Source of the DNA: Lobosporangium transversale
Taxonomy: Eukaryota
Direction of reading: 5' to 3'
Assembly (NCBI RefSeq): GCF_002105155.1
Contig: NW_019028994.1
Coordinates: forward strand, 682,001-746,000
Length of the DNA: 64,000 nt
The notes beneath the pieces were generated by a model, which was not told where the DNA came from, ran no database searches, and worked only from the letters and a program-made list of their open reading frames with translations. Positions 57,143-64,000 of this stretch are shown piece by piece. Each line of letters starts with the position of its first letter. Within the stretch, counting starts at the first letter, position 1. The position numbers and the translations under genes are program-made.

Positions 57143-57479
57143 TCAAGATGTTCTTTTCAAATAAATTATTAACGTTTGTATTTACTCAAGTTATATTCTC
57201 TTAGCGTGGACATGTTGATGGACCCACCTATTCCAGATCGATGTGTCTAAGCAACATTCTATCAAAGACTAGCCCTTCAAAAGTATTCTTAGCGACCTCC
57301 GGACAAAAGTGTCTACACCGTTACATCTAATGTTTTTGTTCCACTTGAAAATCTTGCTGCTTTCCAACTGCAGAACCTCGCTAAATCCACTGACCAGTAT
57401 TCACCTTCATCCGTATTGTCCATTCACTGCTCTGTCCTTCTTATGCTCCTTGTCCTTGTGCATGTCTCCAAGTTCTGCT

Positions 57480-58010
57480 TTAGATCAATCTCATAACATA
57501 TTGCTTGACATCTAGGAGCTCCTTTGTAGGTTTGGAATCCACACCATCTGCCTCGGTCTTGTATTTTTGTTTCTTGAACTCCTTGACCCGGTCTTGCGGA
57601 ACAACAAAAATAAATGCGACCTCCTTAGAGCATCGGATCCACTTTTCTTCTTGCAGCATTCTCAAAAACTTTTTGAAGGACTCACTTTTGATTCCATGAT
57701 CCTTGTTCGTCGTAAACTGGAATAGCTAATAACATATCCACGCAGTGAAAGGTTTTGCTGCTTGGGATCCATAACGATCCTTGCATACTGCTCACATAGC
57801 GGTTAAGGGTACTGAAGAAGTTAACTTTCGGCTTAGCTTTGGGGTTGATACTTATTTCAGTGTTGTCATCAAAGTTCCTGACCTTAAGACTACAGTTGCC
57901 AATCCGCAGCATGCGCTGAACATAAAATTCGAACGTTATTCCGTCGCTTTGTTCAGGACTAGTCTTCTGAAGACATGTATTTCAGCTCATTCTCCACGCG
58001 CTTAACAACT
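57480..58010 (-). pseudogene. Crinkler-type C-terminal REase fragment
   Basis: GITFEFYVQRML, WIPSSKTFHCVD, FIFVVP..F..Q, KQYVM; frameshifted. Confidence 0.6.
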
Positions 58011-58802
58011 ACATCAGCTGCAGATCGGATAAAAGGATCCTTTTCCAAAGACGGTCTTTTTATCTTTCCAAACTTCCACCATTTATGCTGGATCATCATT
58101 ACTTTCAAAAAGACTAACTCTACGTTTCGCGTTCATATCCCCTGAGTTGTATGCCAACATTGGAAAACCGTACAATGGCAATTCTTCTTTTGCAGGGTTT
58201 GGAAGATCCTGCTAACAACCTACTGTTTGTCAGCATACTCTGGGCAAATTTGGGAACGAATTGGAAGTTAGTTTTTGATATAATGTCAAGAGCAATGTTT
58301 AGAGCAAAGCAGAACGCCTCTTTCTGTGAGATACTTTTTGAGTTTTAGACACAACTGTAAAATGTTACGAGGGAGTTTTTGTGCCTGAATGAGTCACGTG
58401 CATTTTTAAAGTAGTAGGGACAAATGTAATAATGGACGAGGGCGATGGATTATTAGTAGGATTGAATGTAATGACATCTAAGAGTGATCTCTTCATTTGT
58501 GTGCAAGAAGAACATTTGTTTAATTAATTGACATGACAGAGAGCAAGTTATTCGCAAGTTGACATTCGTTGTAAAAAACTACACTGAAACTACTAAAACT
58601 GCCAATAATGTAGACGTTCCACAGAACAGCTGTAAGGCGAATTGCTTTGTCCTTTTAATCTCCACATCACACAATTCCCCATTGGAGCTCACAAGAAAAC
58701 ACTTTTTCACCCACCACTGAACAAACGCCTCTTTGAAATCATTCTTCTTTCAAGGACGAGGATAGAATAAAATCCAAAGGGCAAAAAGGGAAACAACAAT
58801 CC

Positions 58803-61800
58803 ATGTTCCGTACTATCAATCCCCCATCACGAAGTGTACTCTCGCCAGCACTGGCTCTGAGACTCTTCGATTTCTACATGAAGGGCGCCTGCACCATAGA
58901 CGATGATAATGATATCGTGATGGAGCTATGCCTCGATGCTGACTCTGTGTTGTCTCGACTTCAGCGGCCAGCACGAAAGTCACTCGCCTCAATACCTTTC
59001 ACCTCTTCAGCCTCTCCAGTTTCCAACGGAGACATAACTCTACGCCAAAACATTGCCTCTGCCTACTATAAGCTTGCTCGTTTATTTGAACATCTTGGTT
59101 ACTCAGACGATGCCCAGAGATGTGACAAGAAAGCTAAGAAATGGGGATACATCCAAGGAAACAGCAACAATGACATCAATAACAGCAATAATAACAACAA
59201 CAACATCATCATCACCAAACACGAAAGCACAAGAACTAGTAGAGCAGAACAAGTACGGACCACTGCAACCATTTCAAAGAACATATTCAATCATAATGAG
59301 CCTCCAACAGCCATCAGGTGCAGCTTGCCAGATGCTGGTGCTCACCTGAATGACACCCATCAGCTCGCGTATTGTCTTTCTCTGCTTCTTACTGCCCCTA
59401 TCCAAACAAATGACCTCAATGACCATGAAAAGGACTGGTGTCAGGCCATATTGAACGATCAAGATGAGCATAAGTGGTTGTGTAAACTGGCATCAGATGT
59501 GATTGAATTGTTCATCAATGATGAGATCAAGGCTGAGACATCTGTCGCTGAGGTTGTGGCTCTCTCCCCAGTCCTCGATCAAGCACAATTCAGAGCACTG
59601 CTCAAGGCTTTGATCAATGTGATCAGCCAGAACATTATTCTGGAGACTCACCTGTTAACAGGACTGGCTCAACTGATGCAGCATGCCCCTCCTGGTTATC
59701 TCGACTCGGATGACCTTGTTGCCATCCTCAACTCTCTCAGTTCTCGCTTACAAGGCACACATGGTCAGTCCATCGAACATCTCTATCGTCTGTCAGCTAC
59801 AGTCTCACATGTCCTTGATGCCATGGTCAACAACCAAGTCAAAGGTCTGAAGCGAGAACAACTCCATGAACCACTTGCTGCATACCTCCAGGGACTGAAA
59901 AGCAGCTCAGATCCGCATCTAGTCTACCAAGCAGCTTATGCCTTCCAAGCCTTGCAGTATATATCTGACGACGAATCAACATTACAAACCATGCTCCGAC
60001 GGACATCAGCAGTGGTCCGAGGAGTGTTTGGAGTAATAAGTGCAGTCAAAGGCTTAGATCTGAATGCCTTCATGGATGAGATAAGCAATATTCAGGAAGG
60101 ACTTCCTTCTGTGACAGGTACCATTGATATGAGTCTGAAAGTATATACTGGTGCAACCTCACTCTATGAGAGTGGATCGACATTCAGACAGTGTATGGAA
60201 GAAGGACTCAGCTTTAGTCACAAGTCAGGATGGTATCCAGCACTGCGTGGAGCTGATGAACTAATCCAGAGCGGCGAGTTCACCAAGTTCAAGACCCTTG
60301 TGTGTGAAGCACCCTGCCGAAATGATACAGCATTCCAATGGGGACTATGTCAGAGACTAGGACAGATTGCAGCAGATACACAGTGGACCATGAATATTCG
60401 ACAGGATGCCATCACACTCTTAGGAGAGATGTACAAGAATGACCAAGAGTGGGGTAATCATACACATGTCAAGCAGTGGATCTTAAGTATCCTTATAGAG
60501 CTATCCTCATTATCACCGAATGATCTACAAGGTACATATTTCTACTCTTCTTCTGTGGATATGTTTGGATGTTGGCAGTGCTCAGTACATGATGATTTAT
60601 CAACTCACTCCATACACATATCCCTATCCTTCTCTTTCCAGCTGTAGACATTCTCTTGAATGAACTCAAGAAATATGGAGATCTCAAGGAACAAGAGCTA
60701 TATAGGAATTGTGTTCAAGGGCCAGTGACCCAGCATCCCTTTATCATCATACACCCTCCACCTTCATCTTCACATTTACTTGACCTTGTACAAAATAGAC
60801 CTGGTGTTGAGGACAGTCTACGGCAACTAAAGAAACGGCGGATGGAGGTTGGAAACAACCAAGGATTCTACATCCAACAGTATGCCAAAGCAAGTCCTCA
60901 AGCAAGCGATGACAAGCTGTTCTTGCTGATGGACAAGGTGAAAGAGTTCCTGGATAGCGACCAGAAAGTGCTACTTGTCCAAGGTGACTCAGGAGCAGGC
61001 AAGTCCACATTCAATCGTACACTAGAGCGTACACTCTGGGACGCATACCAAAAGAGACATGGTCGGATCCCACTGTTTATCAATCTCCCAGCCATTGACA
61101 AGCCAGAGAAGGATCTGGTTGCAAAGCAGCTGCGACACTACGACTTTACAGACTCACAGATCAAAGAGCTGAAGAAGAGTCGGTCATTTGTTTTGATCTG
61201 TGATGGATATGATGAGAGCATGCAGACCACCAATTTGTATGTCTCCAACCAACTGAATAAGCCTGGAGAGTGGATGGCTCAGATGATTGTTAGCTGTCGC
61301 AGCGAATATCTCGGATTGGACTATCGAGATCGATTTCAACCTATGGACCGCAATCACCAAGCAGATGATGGATTGTTTGAAGAGGCTGTGATCATGCCAT
61401 TCTCTGAGACTCAGATCGATGAGTATATCAAACAATATGTCGATGCTATGGATCCAATGTGGCGTGTAGAGGACTATCATTGTGCACTCAAAATGGTCCC
61501 TAGTCTACAAGACCTTGTGAAGAACCCATTCATGCTATCGATGTCGCTAGAAGTACTCCCACGAATGGTAGATCCAGACCAAGGAGTTTCCAACACCAAG
61601 ATCAAACGCGTCACACTGTATGACCAGTTCGTTGAGCAGTGGCTTGAGCGAGGCAAGAAGCGACTAAGCGATGCAATAGGATCGGAAGACAGAAGAGTGT
61701 ACAACAAACTATTAGATGAAGGATTTGCACAGAATGGGATCAGGTATCTCACTGAGCTAGCCATAGCAATATACAAGCATCAAGATGGCAACCCAGTGGT

Positions 61801-64000
61801 GGATTACTCACCATCGAAGGACAGGGGTACATGGAAAGAAGCGTACTTTAGCAAAGAGAATGGAAGGAACCTTCTACGAGAGGCTTCACCACTTACACGT
61901 ACAGGCAACCAGCACCGGTTTATGCATCGGTCACTTCTAGAGTACTGTCTGGTACGAGCGATGTTTGAGCCTCAGAAAGCAATGAGTGGTTCTGCGATCG
62001 ATGAAGTAGCAAAAGCGACAGCAACAACTTCTCGTCGGCAGAGCATTAGTTCAGTATATAGTTTCGAAGCCATGGACATGAAGGAGGACGAGCAGGAAGT
62101 GGAAGTAGTGGAGGTGGATGAGGCGTCACCTTTAGTATGGAGAAGCTTTGTGGATGAAGCATCTATCCTTCATTTCTTAGAGGACCGTGTCCGCCTTGAA
62201 CCGGTATTCAAACAGCAGCTATATGAATATGTGAAGCTCTCGAAGAGCGATAGCAGGTGGCGGATAGCAGCAGCCAATGCGATGACAATCTTGGTCCAAG
62301 CAGGCGAGTCATTTATCGAAGCAGACTTGCGAGGCATTCAGATCCCAGGAGCAGACCTCAGTTATGGTATATTTGAGTATGCTCAGCTACAAGGAGCAGA
62401 TCTGAGGAAGGTCAATTTACGGAAGTGTTGGCTTCGTGAAGCAGACCTGAGTGGAGCAAAGATGGCAGGTGTACAGTTTGGAGAATGGCCACTTCTCGAA
62501 GTTGGTGGCGCTGTACGCTATGGATCATACTCGCCTGATGGGAAGACACTCGCTGCCGTTATCAAAGATGGCTCTGATAACTATTCAGTTGCTATCTATG
62601 ATACATCAACATGGATGATGCTTTCAACTCTGGAGGGCAATGGGATTGGCAATAGGTTTATATACTCGCCAGACAGTCGATATATCGCCTCTTGGGGTTC
62701 TCCGCAAACTGCTGTTTTAGTTTGGAATGTAACCTCAGGAATATTAGTTCACCGATTGGAGGGCCATACAAATCTAGTGAACTGCGTAGTGTACTCGCCA
62801 GATGGAAAGCACCTTGCCTCAGCTAGCGATGATAAGTCGGTGTTGGTGTGGGACATTCAATCAGGGGTGCTCAAATACAGGTTAGAGGGCCATACAGGCC
62901 GTGTGAGAAGTGTGACATACTCTCCTGATGGACTCCGGATTGCAACCGGCAGCCGTGACGGGACAGTACGGTTGTGGGATGCGATATCAGGGCAGCAGCT
63001 GATGAGGATGGATCGTGTGCCTGGAATTGAGCAAATTGTGTATTCACCCAATGGCCAGGAAATTATATCTCACTGTGCTGGTAAAAGTTATTTGTATGTG
63101 TGGGATGTTGGGTCTAGTCAAAAAAAGTACGGGTTGGATCATGATAATAGCGTCTGCGGCATTCAATATTCTCCTAATGGGAAGTTTGTTGCTTCATCTG
63201 CCGGGAGTACGGTATTCCTATGGTATATGCAAACAGGAATGCTCATCCATATTCTTTTAGGGCATACCGAGCGTATCATGGACCTAAGATACTCACCAAA
63301 TGGAGAACAGATTGCCACTTGTAGTATCGACAGCACAGTCCGGCTTTGGGACACGAGATCAGGACAAATCATGAATACCTTTTATGGCCACTTCAGCGAG
63401 ATATGTTGTGTGACATACTCACCAAACAACCATCAACTTGCATCCTTCAGCGATGATAAAACAATACGCCTTTGGGATACTCGATTACAGAAATATAATC
63501 GCAATTCATATGACCATCCATTGCTGGTCTACCCCATTATGAGCTCATCGGATGGAAAGCAGATAGCTTTGCACAGCACTAAACTACTGTGTGTTTGGGA
63601 TGCAAGAACAGGACAGTCCATCCATGTTTTACAAATCCCCGATAAGTACACATGGGACATCAAGTATTCGCCTGATGGTCGGTTGCTTGCTTCTCGCCGT
63701 TATAATTCTTCACGTGTCTACCTTTGGAATGCTCGAACAGGCCAAGTTACCCATACCTTGGAGCTGCAGGACAGGCAATACGATTGGATCTACGCCTTTG
63801 ATTTCTCACCTATTGACCATCGAATTGCCTGTGGTCATCGCCGCGGATATGTGACTATATGGAACACACAAACAGGAGAGCTCATCCACACTCTACGGAG
63901 CCACAAGAGTGTTGTAGGGTGTGTAGTATTCTCACCAGATGGCCACCATCTTGCTTCAATTGATGAAGGTGGCGCTCTTAGAGTCTGGACGGTTCATTCA
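58803..64000 (+). CDS. NLR-like STAND protein: Arm-like N-terminus, NACHT, pentapeptide repeats, WD40 array (runs off the window); exons 58803-60531, 60642->64000
   Basis: Walker A GDSGAGKS, Walker B LICDGYDE, SCRSEY, NPFML, FMHRSLLEY, ADLRG/ADLS pentapeptides, multiple GH..SPDG..WD repeats. Confidence 0.93.

Overview
Eukaryotic, intron-rich genomic DNA with many long poly(A)/poly(T) tracts. Gene content (Crinkler, Arm-NACHT-pentapeptide-WD40 NLR, chromodomain Ty3/gypsy) suggests an early-diverging fungus, probably Mortierellaceae; this is an inference. Housekeeping genes with reconstructable exons are an NADPH oxidase, a RasGEF, an ANK-PH-OSBP protein, a DUF1761-like membrane protein, RFC2/RFC4 and a PX-AGC kinase. 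They surround two accessory blocks. Block 1 (about 24.1-44.1 kb) holds the 3' half of a chromoviral Ty3/gypsy, interrupted by a probable solo LTR, which is itself interrupted by a hAT transposon with unusual 340-bp TIRs and a 7-bp TSD. It also holds an intact Crinkler gene whose toxin exons are bracketed by a palindromic direct repeat, a decayed PrimPol-type primase, small orphan coiled-coil genes, the 5' half of the same gypsy family and a MULE remnant. Block 2 (about 56-64 kb) holds an NLR-like gene, an inverted and strongly diversified fragment of a paralogous WD40 array, and a Crinkler-type nuclease pseudogene. All calls come from motif recognition and manual splicing; no database searches were run.
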